From positions 3,567 through 67,566 of the forward strand of contig JAMPDH010000001.1 in the NCBI GenBank assembly GCA_023665725.1: a stretch of 64,000 nt of DNA, given 5' to 3'. This document shows, in pieces, positions 1 to 9,450 of the stretch. This DNA is from Clostridium sp. (lineage in GTDB: Bacteria; Bacillota_I; Bacilli_A; RF39; UBA660). Positions within the stretch are counted from its first letter, which is position 1. Every line of letters starts with the position of its first letter. A model generated the notes under the pieces. The model was not told the origin of the DNA and did not search any database. It saw only the letters and a program-made list of their open reading frames with translations. The position numbers and the translations under genes were made by a program.

Positions 1-15
1 TTTTATACATTTTTT

Positions 16-936
16 TTAAATTTTTTTAATTTCAGTTCCTTGATAGTAATGTTTTAATATTTCATCATATTTATATCCAGCTTGTGCCATTCCTTCAGCA
101 CCATATTGACTCATACCGACACCATGCCCATATCCACGAGCAACAACTGTTATTTGATTTCCTTTTTGAGTAATACTATAGTAATTTGATTTAAGTCCTA
201 ATTTATTAGCGACACTCCATCCTGAGAATTCTTTTCCATTTATTTTAATTTTATTTACTCTACCACTATTTGATTTATTTGTAACTTCTATTGTCACATT
301 ATCTTTATATGAGAGTCCTAAAAGTTCATGGAATTTTTTAAGTGTGTATATATATTCTTTATCATATAATGGAGAAACACTATCCCAGGTTGATGAAACA
401 CTTCTTAAATATGGAATTTCATTTATAAAAACATCTTCACTATTTTCAGTAACTCCGACACTTGTTGAAAAAAACAAAGCATCTATTATTTTTCCATTAT
501 AAACTAAGTATTCATCTTTAGTTTCTAATACTGCTTGTTTTACCTTATTAGAATATTTAGTATAGTTATCTCCCCATCTTTTTTTTTGTTGTTCCTCATC
601 TAAATATACTTGATTTGTTACGGTATCAACGACATCATAACTTCTTTTTCTATTATCTACTAAACGTTTCATTACATATGTACGTGCTGCAACAGCTTGA
701 GATTTTAGTGCTTCACTTGAAAAGCTAACGGGCATTTCTCCAGAAACTACTCCTGCAACATATTTTTCTAATGGAACTTCTTCAATTTTCCCCGTTGCAT
801 TTCTTTTAACTCTTACAACCATATTAGATGTATAGTTAAATTTTATTTCATCATCATATATAAAAATTGATACTATTATATATGGAATCATTATAATAAG
901 CAAAGTTACATATATTATTTTTTTCATATTCATCAC
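16..936 (-). CDS. spoIID: Stage II sporulation protein D (SpoIID lytic transglycosylase family)
   Basis: 306 aa; N-terminal TM; conserved SpoIID C-terminal motif GYGHGVGMSQYGA; family recalled from memory. Confidence 0.85.
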   Translation of the reverse strand: MMNMKKIIYVTLLIIMIPYIIVSIFIYDDEIKFNYTSNMVVRVKRNATGKIEEVPLEKYVAGVVSGEMPVSFSSEALKSQAVAARTYVMKRLVDNRKRSYDVVDTVTNQVYLDEEQQKKRWGDNYTKYSNKVKQAVLETKDEYLVYNGKIIDALFFSTSVGVTENSEDVFINEIPYLRSVSSTWDSVSPLYDKEYIYTLKKFHELLGLSYKDNVTIEVTNKSNSGRVNKIKINGKEFSGWSVANKLGLKSNYYSITQKGNQITVVARGYGHGVGMSQYGAEGMAQAGYKYDEILKHYYQGTEIKKI

Positions 937-1028
937 TATTATTCATTATAATAAGTTAATACCATTTTTTTTGTCAAAAAAAGTTAATTTATTAAAATAA
1001 AAGATAGCAAAAAATTGCTATCAAATTA

Positions 1029-1223
1029 TTAAATAAATTTTGTATTTATAAAGAAATCATAAAAGAAGTTAACTACTAAATATGAAATACATATTGATAT
1101 CATTAAGTAAAATAATCTAGATTGGTAATATCTATTTTTTTTAAATATTTGATTAATATTTACACTATCTAATGCCCATATTGATAATGGAACTACTACT
1201 AAATAACAAATTCCTTTAATCAT
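1029..1223 (-). CDS. small 2-TM membrane protein translationally coupled to rpiB
   Basis: ATG overlaps the rpiB stop (aATGATTAA arrangement); about 64 aa, hydrophobic; no homology assignable. Confidence 0.35.
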   Translation of the reverse strand: MIKGICYLVVVPLSIWALDSVNINQIFKKNRYYQSRLFYLMISICISYLVVNFFYDFFINTKFI

Positions 1224-1656
1224 TTTCCCTATCAATTATCATATTTATTCTTCTTAAATGTCTTTCTTCATTTGTGAAATTAGTTTCTAGGAATGCTATT
1301 AGTATTTCTTTTATTTCTTCTATATTCTTTTCATAACTTATAGCTATAACATTGCAATTATTATCTATTTTACATAATTTTGCTTCAGTTGCATTATCAC
1401 ACTTTCCACATCTAATTCCTTTTACTTTATTTGCTGCAATAGACATTCCTATTCCAGTTCTACAAATTAATATTCCAAAGTCTATTTGCTTATTAATTAT
1501 AGCATCTCCAACTTTAAATGCATATATAGGGTAATCAGTAGAGACTTCAGAGTTAGTACCAAAGTCTTCTACATCATAATTTTTACTTTTTAAAAATTCT
1601 ATTATTTCATTTTTAATTTTATATCCTCTATGATCATTACCTATTCCAATTTTCAT
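1216..1656 (-). CDS. rpiB: Ribose-5-phosphate isomerase B (RpiB/LacAB family)
   Basis: 146 aa; MKIGIGNDHRGY N-terminus and CRTGIGMSIAANK motif typical of RpiB. Confidence 0.85.
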   Translation of the reverse strand: MKIGIGNDHRGYKIKNEIIEFLKSKNYDVEDFGTNSEVSTDYPIYAFKVGDAIINKQIDFGILICRTGIGMSIAANKVKGIRCGKCDNATEAKLCKIDNNCNVIAISYEKNIEEIKEILIAFLETNFTNEERHLRRINMIIDREND

Positions 1657-1665
1657 AAAATTCTC

Positions 1666-3450
1666 CTATCTATAAAGAGTCCATGGATTTGTTGCAGTTC
1701 CACGATATGCTGTTCCACCTCTCCATACAGCAAAGTGTAGATGAGGCCCAGTTGTATATCCTGTCATTCCGACATATCCAATTACTTGTCCTTTTTTAAC
1801 AGTTTGGCCAACTCTAAGACCTGATGCATATGCACTTAGATGGTTGTATTGAGTATATGTATAATTATCATGATTGATAACTATATATCTTCCTGCACCA
1901 CTTTGTATATATCCTAGTGTTTGAACAACACCATCATTTGCTGCATATATTTTAGAACCATATGGTGCAGATATATCAAGTGCTCCATGGAATACACCGC
2001 TACGCCATCCATATGGAGATGTGATATGATAACTATCTACAGGCCAATACCAGTTAGTTAAATTTATATTTGCAGGTGGTTGTGCTGTAGAAACCTGTTT
2101 TGTTCCTTTTACAACGATTTTATCTACACTTTGTTTTAATGTCTCTTTTGATGTTTGATGTACATATGCTATCGCACCATTTACAACTTTTTCATTTTGC
2201 TTAATGCGTACAAGTCCATTTTCACCTTGTTGAGTTATTTTTTCTGTACCTAAATACATTGAATTATCATATTTTTCAACTGTTCTATATAATTCTTCAA
2301 TGTCTTTAGTTGTTTCTTGAACCACTGTTACATTTAATTGGGGATTTGTTACATTTATAGAAACTTCTTCTCCAACTGCTAACATATTAGTTTCACTTGA
2401 ATATTGTGGATTGGAAATGTAAAATTCCTCTGCACTTATTTTATAATCAAATGCAACTTGTTCAATTGTGTCTCCAGCTTTAACTGTATGTATAGTTTCA
2501 CTTTTCTTTATTGAAATATTATCACCAAGTTTAAGTTCTTCATCTATTGTTTTATATTGGGGATTTAATATTAAAAATTCTTTTTCACTCATTTCAAAAT
2601 CTTTTATTAAATCTTTAATTGTTTTAAGGTCTTCTGATTTTACTGTGTATGTTTGGTCTATTAATATTTCATCGTCAACTTTAAAAAGACTATTTATTGC
2701 TTCATTTTGTGTTTCATATATACTTTCATCATAGTCAATATTGTATTTTGGATTAAGTATTAAGAATCTTTCCTTACTTATTTCATAATCACTTAGAATT
2801 TGTTCAATTGTATCACCTTGTATTATAGTATGCACTTTTTTACCAAATAGTAAGTATTCATTTAAATTTTTACTGTTTGTATATATTTTTTCGTTTGATG
2901 GTATATTCATTTCTTTAATAGTTATATCATTATCGATATAAACATCTGTTATATAGGAACCTTCTTCAGTAACTTCCTCTTGAGTTCCGTTTAAGTATGC
3001 TTGATATTTATCACTACCAACATATATATTAATTAATGTTTCTACTGCATCTTTAAATATTTGTTCATCTAATACATATATTTTTTGGTTTGAATAATCA
3101 TCGCTTATTGTTATTTGATATCCCTTTACCGTAAAATCACTTTGTTCATTAATTTTATTATATATAGAGGTTATTTCATCCGTATCTTTTATATAGCTAA
3201 GTTCTTTTTTTATTTCAAGACCATTTGGTACATATACTTCATCAATTGAATATTTATTTTTTATTTGTTGTTGTTCAGAATTTATATAATTTTCAAGTTC
3301 TGATTTTGATGATATTTTACCAAGTAAGTTTCCATTTAAGTATACTTTGTAATATATACCAGGTTCTCTACTTTTGCTATAGGAAAAAGATAATAAAGAT
3401 ACACAAACAATAATTATTAGTGTTAAAATCATTAAAATTATTTTTTTCAT
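1666..3450 (-). CDS. LysM-repeat M23 family metallopeptidase (membrane-anchored)
   Basis: 594 aa; N-terminal TM; three LysM-like repeats (e.g. HTVKAGDTIEQVAFDYKISAEEF); C-terminal M23 motifs HGALDISAPYGSKIYAANDG ... GPHLHFAV. Confidence 0.8.
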   Translation of the reverse strand: MKKIILMILTLIIIVCVSLLSFSYSKSREPGIYYKVYLNGNLLGKISSKSELENYINSEQQQIKNKYSIDEVYVPNGLEIKKELSYIKDTDEITSIYNKINEQSDFTVKGYQITISDDYSNQKIYVLDEQIFKDAVETLINIYVGSDKYQAYLNGTQEEVTEEGSYITDVYIDNDITIKEMNIPSNEKIYTNSKNLNEYLLFGKKVHTIIQGDTIEQILSDYEISKERFLILNPKYNIDYDESIYETQNEAINSLFKVDDEILIDQTYTVKSEDLKTIKDLIKDFEMSEKEFLILNPQYKTIDEELKLGDNISIKKSETIHTVKAGDTIEQVAFDYKISAEEFYISNPQYSSETNMLAVGEEVSINVTNPQLNVTVVQETTKDIEELYRTVEKYDNSMYLGTEKITQQGENGLVRIKQNEKVVNGAIAYVHQTSKETLKQSVDKIVVKGTKQVSTAQPPANINLTNWYWPVDSYHITSPYGWRSGVFHGALDISAPYGSKIYAANDGVVQTLGYIQSGAGRYIVINHDNYTYTQYNHLSAYASGLRVGQTVKKGQVIGYVGMTGYTTGPHLHFAVWRGGTAYRGTATNPWTLYR

Positions 3451-3501
3451 GTTGCCTCCTTTACTACAACTATTTTATCAAGTAATTTTTACTTTAGCAA
3501 A

Positions 3502-5124
3502 TTAATGTTTTAATTTTTTTATGAATTTTTTAATGCTTATTTCTCCTATTACATCTTTTATTAAACCAAGTTTATACGCTAATGAAAAATATATTATCGC
3601 ACCTAGTATTGTATAAACAATTATATATACAATAGACATTAATCTACTTATTTGTGTCATTTTAAATACAAGTGATAATAAGAATAATCCAAGTAACATT
3701 GAAGCAACACAGATTATACTTTTCAATAAAACTTTTAATGTACTTTTATATTCAAATTTATATTTTTTCTTAAGTATTAATAATACTAATATGAAAGTTG
3801 TACTTTCCACTAAAGCATTTGTTACTATTGAACCATAGTAAGCATCTATTCCAATATTTTTAAGTAGATGCATCATTGGAATATTTAGTAAAGCTTTTAG
3901 TATAAAGCTTATAAATAAAGCCCCTAGAGATAATTTTGTGTTATTCATAGTTTGAGCAATATTTATAATAGTTGAATGCAAACCGTAGAATATTACTTGT
4001 ATTATAAATATTCTAAATATATTTATACTTATTTCATTGTAACCGTAAAATGCTATCCACGTTGGTTGTGCTAAAAAACTTATACCTAGTGACATTGGAA
4101 TTGTTAAAAATAACATCATTTTAAAAGATTGATTTATCTTTTCATTTACTTCTTTATAATCTTTTTTAATAAAACTTTCAGATATATTTGGAACAAGGCT
4201 TATAGTCATTCCCATGGATATAGACATTATTATCATGTTTAACTTTGTTCCCCATGTAGCAACTACTCCAAATGCAGTTTCTGCAATTTCAACTGAATAT
4301 CCTAAGTTTACTAATGTTTTTTCAACTGTGAATGAATCTACAATTCCGTATAAGGATTTTGTAAAGTCAATTATTACGAATGGCATTGCATATAATAATA
4401 TTTTTTTTAGTAATTCTTTTTTATCTACTTTATTAGTGTCATCTTTTTCTATATTAAGTTGTTGTTTATTTTTTCTTATTTTTATTTTTAAATATATATA
4501 GGATGCAAGAGCAGCGATAGTTGCTGAAAATATTGCAATATATACTGCTACATTAATTGGTAGATTTAAGACTTTAACAGTTATATAGCTACCTAGTATT
4601 ATTATAATAACTCTTACAATTTGCTCTATTACGTTAGATATACTAGTGGTTGTAATCATTTTATGACCTTGCAAATATCCTCTTAAAACACTCTGTTGAG
4701 GAACAACAAGTAAAGCAACAGAGATAACTCTTATAGCTGTTGCTACCTCATCTATAGTATTACCACCTTCAATATTTCCAATAAACATATGTGCAATATT
4801 TTCGGCAAATATAAACATAAGTATGAAACATACTAGTCCAATAATTGTCATTATTGTAGCAGACATTTTATATATTTTTTCTTTTACTGTGTAATTTTCT
4901 AAAGCATTGTATTCACTAACTAGTTTAGAAACAGCAATAGGTATTCCACATGTAGATAAACTTAAAAATATTGAGTATATAGAGTATGCATAACTATATA
5001 ATGCTCCACCTTTTGTTCCAATAATACTATAAAATGGTATTACATATATTAAACCTAATATTTTACATACTACGATTGATATAGTTGCAATCATTGCTCC
5101 TTGTAAAAAATTATTTTTTTTCAT
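3502..5124 (-). CDS. MOP-superfamily polysaccharide/lipid-II flippase, SpoVB/MurJ-like
   Basis: about 540 aa polytopic membrane protein of the polysaccharide biosynthesis (SpoVB-like) family; start moved to the second ATG, which has an AGGAGAA Shine-Dalgarno (SD) sequence. Confidence 0.7.
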   Translation of the reverse strand: MKKNNFLQGAMIATISIVVCKILGLIYVIPFYSIIGTKGGALYSYAYSIYSIFLSLSTCGIPIAVSKLVSEYNALENYTVKEKIYKMSATIMTIIGLVCFILMFIFAENIAHMFIGNIEGGNTIDEVATAIRVISVALLVVPQQSVLRGYLQGHKMITTTSISNVIEQIVRVIIIILGSYITVKVLNLPINVAVYIAIFSATIAALASYIYLKIKIRKNKQQLNIEKDDTNKVDKKELLKKILLYAMPFVIIDFTKSLYGIVDSFTVEKTLVNLGYSVEIAETAFGVVATWGTKLNMIIMSISMGMTISLVPNISESFIKKDYKEVNEKINQSFKMMLFLTIPMSLGISFLAQPTWIAFYGYNEISINIFRIFIIQVIFYGLHSTIINIAQTMNNTKLSLGALFISFILKALLNIPMMHLLKNIGIDAYYGSIVTNALVESTTFILVLLILKKKYKFEYKSTLKVLLKSIICVASMLLGLFLLSLVFKMTQISRLMSIVYIIVYTILGAIIYFSLAYKLGLIKDVIGEISIKKFIKKLKH

Positions 5125-5168
5125 ATATTCTCCTAACATAAACGAGTAATTTTATTACTCGTTTTATT

Positions 5169-6386
5169 TTAATATTTTGTAGTTCTATTTGTAAATTGCC
5201 CACTACCTGCAGGGAAATTTACTATTTTACGTGGATCTACTGTTTTTGATATAAATGTACTCCAACTCTTATAATCGCTTAAATATAATCCATATGCAAC
5301 TGAAAAGTGTAAATGTGGCCCTGTTGAACATTTGTCCCATGTTTCTATTCTAGGGTTTCCTCCTGAGATAGCAATAACAGTGTCTTTTGTAACAGTATCA
5401 CCTACATTAACTAAAATTGTTCTTAAATGATGGTAGCCTGTTGTATATGTTACACCATTAACTTTATGATGTATATAAATTTTATTTCCTCCGCAACTTG
5501 ATTTTCTAACAATTCCAGCAACAACACCATTTGCAGATGAATATACTTTAGCTCCATTTGCAGATAAGTCTATTCCTGTATGGAAATCGCCTAAGGAAGA
5601 TCTATAACCGTATTCACTTGTTCTACGTCCAGATTCAAGAGGCCTCCAAAAACTAGTATCAGGTGGAAGTTGTCCTTTTGTACATACATCTAAATCATCA
5701 TTATCTTTACAACCGTATTGTTCTTCATACATTTTTATTGCTTGTTTTTGAACTGCAATTTCTTCTTCTATATCTACTGTTACATCGACAATCTGATTCA
5801 TTTGAGTTCCTAAACTATTTAAGTCTTCTTGTAATGATTTTTGTTTTTCTTCCAGACTTTTTATTTTATCTTTTAATTCAGTCTGTTTTTGTTTGTTTTG
5901 TTCTATAAGCGAGTTATATTCATTTACTAAGTCATCGTTATATTGTATTAATTGCTCACTTATAGCTACTCTATATATAAAGTCTGTAAATGTTTTCGCA
6001 CCCATTATGTAATCTAAGTTTGCAGAATTACTACCAGATATTTGATAAAAACTTATTATTTCTTTTATTTGATTTTTCTTTGTTTGTATATTTTTATTCA
6101 ATTCTTCTATTTCATTAGAAAGATCTGATATTTCAGTTTGACTATTATTAATTTGATCTATTGTATTTTGTATGTTTGCTTTAACTGCATTTATTTGTTG
6201 TTGTGTTAAGTTTTTATTTTGTTGTGCTTCATTATATTCATCAATTGTTTTTTGAAGTTCTACTTTTAAATCTCCTAAGGTTTTAGCATATGTAATTTCT
6301 TTTGGCAATGAAATAGACGCTAATAACAATGTTATGATTAATACTATATTAAATGATTGTTTAATTAATTTTTGATGATTTTTCAT
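5169..6386 (-). CDS. Coiled-coil M23 peptidase (EnvC-like secreted murein hydrolase activator/peptidase)
   Basis: 405 aa; signal peptide; long Q/E/K-rich coiled coil; C-terminal M23 motifs HTGIDLSANGAKVYSSANG ... GPHLHFSV. Confidence 0.75.
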   Translation of the reverse strand: MKNHQKLIKQSFNIVLIITLLLASISLPKEITYAKTLGDLKVELQKTIDEYNEAQQNKNLTQQQINAVKANIQNTIDQINNSQTEISDLSNEIEELNKNIQTKKNQIKEIISFYQISGSNSANLDYIMGAKTFTDFIYRVAISEQLIQYNDDLVNEYNSLIEQNKQKQTELKDKIKSLEEKQKSLQEDLNSLGTQMNQIVDVTVDIEEEIAVQKQAIKMYEEQYGCKDNDDLDVCTKGQLPPDTSFWRPLESGRRTSEYGYRSSLGDFHTGIDLSANGAKVYSSANGVVAGIVRKSSCGGNKIYIHHKVNGVTYTTGYHHLRTILVNVGDTVTKDTVIAISGGNPRIETWDKCSTGPHLHFSVAYGLYLSDYKSWSTFISKTVDPRKIVNFPAGSGQFTNRTTKY

Positions 6387-6491
6387 GTTTCACCTACTTT
6401 ATAATAAAAATTATAACATATTTATATAATTTTTAAAAGTTTTTTTGAATTAGTGTGTTTATTGATGTATAATTAACTTGGAGGGTAAGTT

Positions 6492-7682
6492 ATGTATAGA
6501 AAAACATTTATTGAGATTAATTTAAATAATTTATATAATAATGTTAAAAAATTAACGGATTTTTATAAATATAAATATTATATTGGTGTTGTAAAAGGGT
6601 CTTGTTATGGACATGGTGAATATATTGTTAATACATTGGTAGATGCAGGTATTAATTATTTAGCTATTTCATCATTAGAGGAGGCAATAAAATTAAGAAA
6701 ATATAATAAGGATACTCCTATTTTATGCCTTGAACCTATTGATATGGATTATTTAAATATATGTATTGAAAATAATATAGCTATAACTTTACATGATTAT
6801 AATTATTTTAAAGATTTAATTAATCTTAAATTAAATGGGGTTTTAAAAATACATTTAAAGATAGATACTGGTATGAATAGACTTGGCATAAAATCCTCGA
6901 ATCAAATTAATGAAATTTATAACAAATTGATTGAAAATAAGAATTTTTATTTGGAAGGAATTTATACACATTTTGGTACATCTGGTGTTTATGATAAAAC
7001 TTATGATAATCAAGTAGATAGATTTAATTATTTAACTAAGGATATTGATTTATCAAAGATACCAATTGTTCATTTAAATAAAAGTGTTAATGTACAAGCT
7101 CATACTAAAATGAACTATGAAACAGGAGTTAGACTTGGAATAGTAATGTATGGTTATAATCAATTAAATGGTCCAATGCTTAATACCTTTAGGCAAAAAT
7201 TGAGATATTATAGAAAAATATTTAGAAATAAAAGATTAGGTGTTTCTAAAACCATAAAAAAATGTAACCTAGAGTTAAAGCCTTCTTATAAATTAGTTAG
7301 TGAAGTAATTCAGGTTAAAAAAATTAATAAAGGTGATCATGTTGGATATGGAGAGGTTTTTACAGCTCAAAGTGATGGATATGTTGCAACTATTCCCATA
7401 GGGTATGCTGATGGGTTTAGTTTAGATAATACTGGTAGAACTATTTTAATTAATGATAAGCGATATAAAATTATAGATATTGTTATGATGGGAATGATTA
7501 CAGCGCTTGTTGATGAAACTGTTAAAGTACATGATAGAGTGGTTTTAATGGGTGATGATATATCTATTCTTGAAGTAAGTATACATAATCATTCAACTCA
7601 ATATGAAACTTTGTGTCGAGCAAATTCTAATGTGCCTAGAGTATATATTAAAGATAATAAAATTTTACATATAGAAGAATAG
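6492..7682 (+). CDS. alr: Alanine racemase
   Basis: 396 aa; PLP-binding N-terminal motif VVKGSCYGHG (cf. VVKANAYGHG); GGAGGG SD upstream. Confidence 0.85.
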   Translation: MYRKTFIEINLNNLYNNVKKLTDFYKYKYYIGVVKGSCYGHGEYIVNTLVDAGINYLAISSLEEAIKLRKYNKDTPILCLEPIDMDYLNICIENNIAITLHDYNYFKDLINLKLNGVLKIHLKIDTGMNRLGIKSSNQINEIYNKLIENKNFYLEGIYTHFGTSGVYDKTYDNQVDRFNYLTKDIDLSKIPIVHLNKSVNVQAHTKMNYETGVRLGIVMYGYNQLNGPMLNTFRQKLRYYRKIFRNKRLGVSKTIKKCNLELKPSYKLVSEVIQVKKINKGDHVGYGEVFTAQSDGYVATIPIGYADGFSLDNTGRTILINDKRYKIIDIVMMGMITALVDETVKVHDRVVLMGDDISILEVSIHNHSTQYETLCRANSNVPRVYIKDNKILHIEE

Positions 7683-7685
7683 GTA

Positions 7686-7722
7686 AAAAGTCTAAAAATT
7701 TGATATGTTTTTTAGACTTTTT
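7686..7722 (+). terminator. Rho-independent terminator of alr
   Basis: inverted repeat aaagtctaaaaa / tttttagacttttt followed by a T-run. Confidence 0.6.
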
Positions 7723-7776
7723 TTGATTTTACGTTTTGCTTTATTTTTAATCTTAGCAGTTGTTTTCTTTCTGAAT
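7702..7776. repeat. Direct-repeat copy 1 (about 70 bp), a duplicated 3' end of the thermonuclease gene
   Basis: nearly identical (1 mismatch over about 67 nt) to 8629-8703; minus-strand translation gives FRKKTTAKIKNKAKRKIKKSLK, the nuclease C-terminus. Confidence 0.8.
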
Positions 7777-7967
7777 ATTTTAACTCCTAATAATTCATAA
7801 ATCTTTAATTAAATATTTTTTCCTTTTTTATTCATAATATAACCCTTCTTTTTTAAAGTTCCTATATTAAAATTGAGAAACTATCCCGTGAAATTGGCTT
7901 ATATACTAACAAAAAAACTATAAAATGTCGTTTTTATTAGTTTACTACATCCTTTATTCTTTTTCTC

Positions 7968-7995
7968 TTGACAAAAATTAAAATTTGTGTAAAAT
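7968..7995 (+). promoter_or_regulatory. sigma-A-like promoter (TTGACA-N16-TgtgTAAAAT)
   Basis: consensus -35 plus extended -10, read directly from the sequence. Confidence 0.4.
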
Positions 7996-8023
7996 AATGT
8001 GTACACAAAGGAAGTAATATATA

Positions 8024-8052
8024 TTGACAAATTACAACCTTGTGAATATAAT
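8024..8052 (+). promoter_or_regulatory. Consensus sigma-A promoter TTGACA-N17-TATAAT (plus strand)
   Basis: perfect -35 and -10 hexamers with a 17-nt spacer; drives the plus-strand small RNA. Confidence 0.55.
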
Positions 8053-8058
8053 TAAATT

Positions 8059-8230
8059 AAGAATGAAGTGTAAGGGAGATTTTACATTAATTCGTATTAT
8101 ATTCATTAATTTGAATATAATAAAAAGAGATACACTTGATATTTGTGTGTTAGGTGTTATCTCTGTCCGAAAAAATTTTTAGACTTGGAAAACACCATAC
8201 TCAGCAGTTGAATAGGTGTTTTCTTTTTTA
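8059..8230 (+). ncRNA. Candidate small RNA (about 170 nt), antitoxin-like antisense partner
   Basis: bounded by the consensus promoter and the bidirectional terminator; contains the hairpin agagatacac...gtgttatctct; only a weak TTG-started 25-aa ORF inside. Confidence 0.3.
8170..8230. terminator. Bidirectional rho-independent terminator
   Basis: stem ggaaaacacc / ggtgttttcc with an A-run on the 5' side and a T-run on the 3' side, so it can terminate both strands. Confidence 0.55.
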
Positions 8231-8281
8231 GTCCTCTTTTAGTAAATAAATAAGTATTAGTATTATAACAATGTACTCCAT
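8228..8281 (-). CDS. 17-aa hydrophobic peptide MEYIVIILILIYLLKED (type I toxin-like candidate)
   Basis: ORF inside the minus-strand transcript; stop abuts the terminator; preceded by AGGAAA and GGAGGTG SD-like sequences; single TM-like helix. Confidence 0.3.
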   Translation of the reverse strand: MEYIVIILILIYLLKED

Positions 8282-8378
8282 AAATTTCCTGCAGTGGACA
8301 TCACCTCCGTTCTAATTTAAGAATAAAAATCAAAAAATGAACAGAGGAACACCTAACTATCTTGTGTATCTCTTAATC

Positions 8379-8407
8379 ATTATATTATTAATTTAATATA
8401 GTGTCAA
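8379..8407 (-). promoter_or_regulatory. Consensus sigma-A promoter TTGACA-N17-TATAAT (minus strand)
   Basis: revcomp of 8402-8407 is TTGACA; revcomp of 8379-8384 is TATAAT; 17-nt spacer; faces the plus-strand promoter. Confidence 0.55.
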
Positions 8408-8627
8408 TTAAAATAAGAACTATAGATTTGATTAAACAAGAAATATGTCCTATTTATGTCCTAAAATTTTAAATTATTATAATTTATAATTTGGCTAAAA
8501 ATGGTATATTTTGGATTACAAAAATGCAATACAAACTGTATTTTTATCTCTCCATAGAGTAACCAATTTAATTTTGAGTCTATATCATTTATCAAAGTTA
8601 AACTTAATTCTTGGCATATAACTAAAT

Positions 8628-9284
8628 CTATACATTTTTTAGACTTTTTTTGATTTTACGTTTTGCTTTATTTTTAATCTTAGTAGTTGTTTTCTTTCTG
8701 AAGGATTTAGAAAAAATACAACATACAATTATGACAATTAAACTTGATATAATTATTATGTAATTGGTATTATTATCTTCTTTTTTTTCATCGTTTTTAT
8801 TTTCACTCCAAATACCTATTTTTTGATATTCTGCGATTTTTTCATGATCTTTTAAAATACTTGTATATTTATAATCCCCATATAGATATGCAACTTCTGC
8901 AAGACCTTCTTTTATTAATGTATCTTGAAGTAATATATCATCTACCCATATCCATGCTAAATATCTATCATATTTATCTGTTTTAGAACTATTATCATCA
9001 AATTCTAATTCTATTTTAGTTGCATTTGTAAGTTTGCTGCAAGTAAATATACTTGCTTCCTTTCCGAATGATTCTACTTCTTTTTTTGGATGTACACTTT
9101 CTGGTGTATCTATAGCAAGAAATCTAACCTTTATAATATCGTTATTATAGTTAAAACTTGCAGTATCTCCGTCTATACATTTATTTAATGTAACTATCTC
9201 TTTTTCATAGGCTTTTACAATTAATGGTGTTGCTAAAATAAATACTAATAAAAATTTAAATACTATTTTTTTCATATACTTCAC
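8628..9284 (-). CDS. Thermonuclease (SNase-like, staphylococcal nuclease homologue) with C-terminal TM anchor
   Basis: 218 aa; signal peptide; SNase motifs DGDT ... RFLAIDTPE; C-terminal TM plus basic tail; 3' end coincides with direct-repeat copy 2 (8629-8703). Confidence 0.8.
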   Translation of the reverse strand: MKYMKKIVFKFLLVFILATPLIVKAYEKEIVTLNKCIDGDTASFNYNNDIIKVRFLAIDTPESVHPKKEVESFGKEASIFTCSKLTNATKIELEFDDNSSKTDKYDRYLAWIWVDDILLQDTLIKEGLAEVAYLYGDYKYTSILKDHEKIAEYQKIGIWSENKNDEKKEDNNTNYIIIISSLIVIIVCCIFSKSFRKKTTTKIKNKAKRKIKKSLKNV

Positions 9285-9450
9285 TATAAATATTATAATA
9301 TATATTATTTAAAAATATAATAGTATATATTTTTAAGTGTAAAGTATTTTTAAAGTACAATAATAAATTGTAGTAAATATTATTTAAATATATTTTGACC
9401 TTTATAAACAATAGTGATATAATGTTTCAGTCGAAAGAAGTGTATATATT

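Noticed and set aside
1352-5908. Several 60-95-aa ORFs antisense to rpiB, the LysM-M23 peptidase, the flippase and the coiled-coil peptidase
   Set aside because: They are fully embedded antisense within well-supported genes with AT-rich codon bias and have no SD, which makes them typical shadow ORFs. Similar antisense ORFs inside ddl, the ABC NBD gene, the Ca-ATPase, GT2, hydrolase, permease, trpS, DUF368 and others were rejected for the same reason.
8128-8204. 25-aa TTG-started ORF (MNIIKRDTLDICVLGVISVRKNF) on the plus-strand small RNA
   Set aside because: It has no SD at a sensible distance and only a TTG start, so the plus-strand RNA is treated as non-coding.
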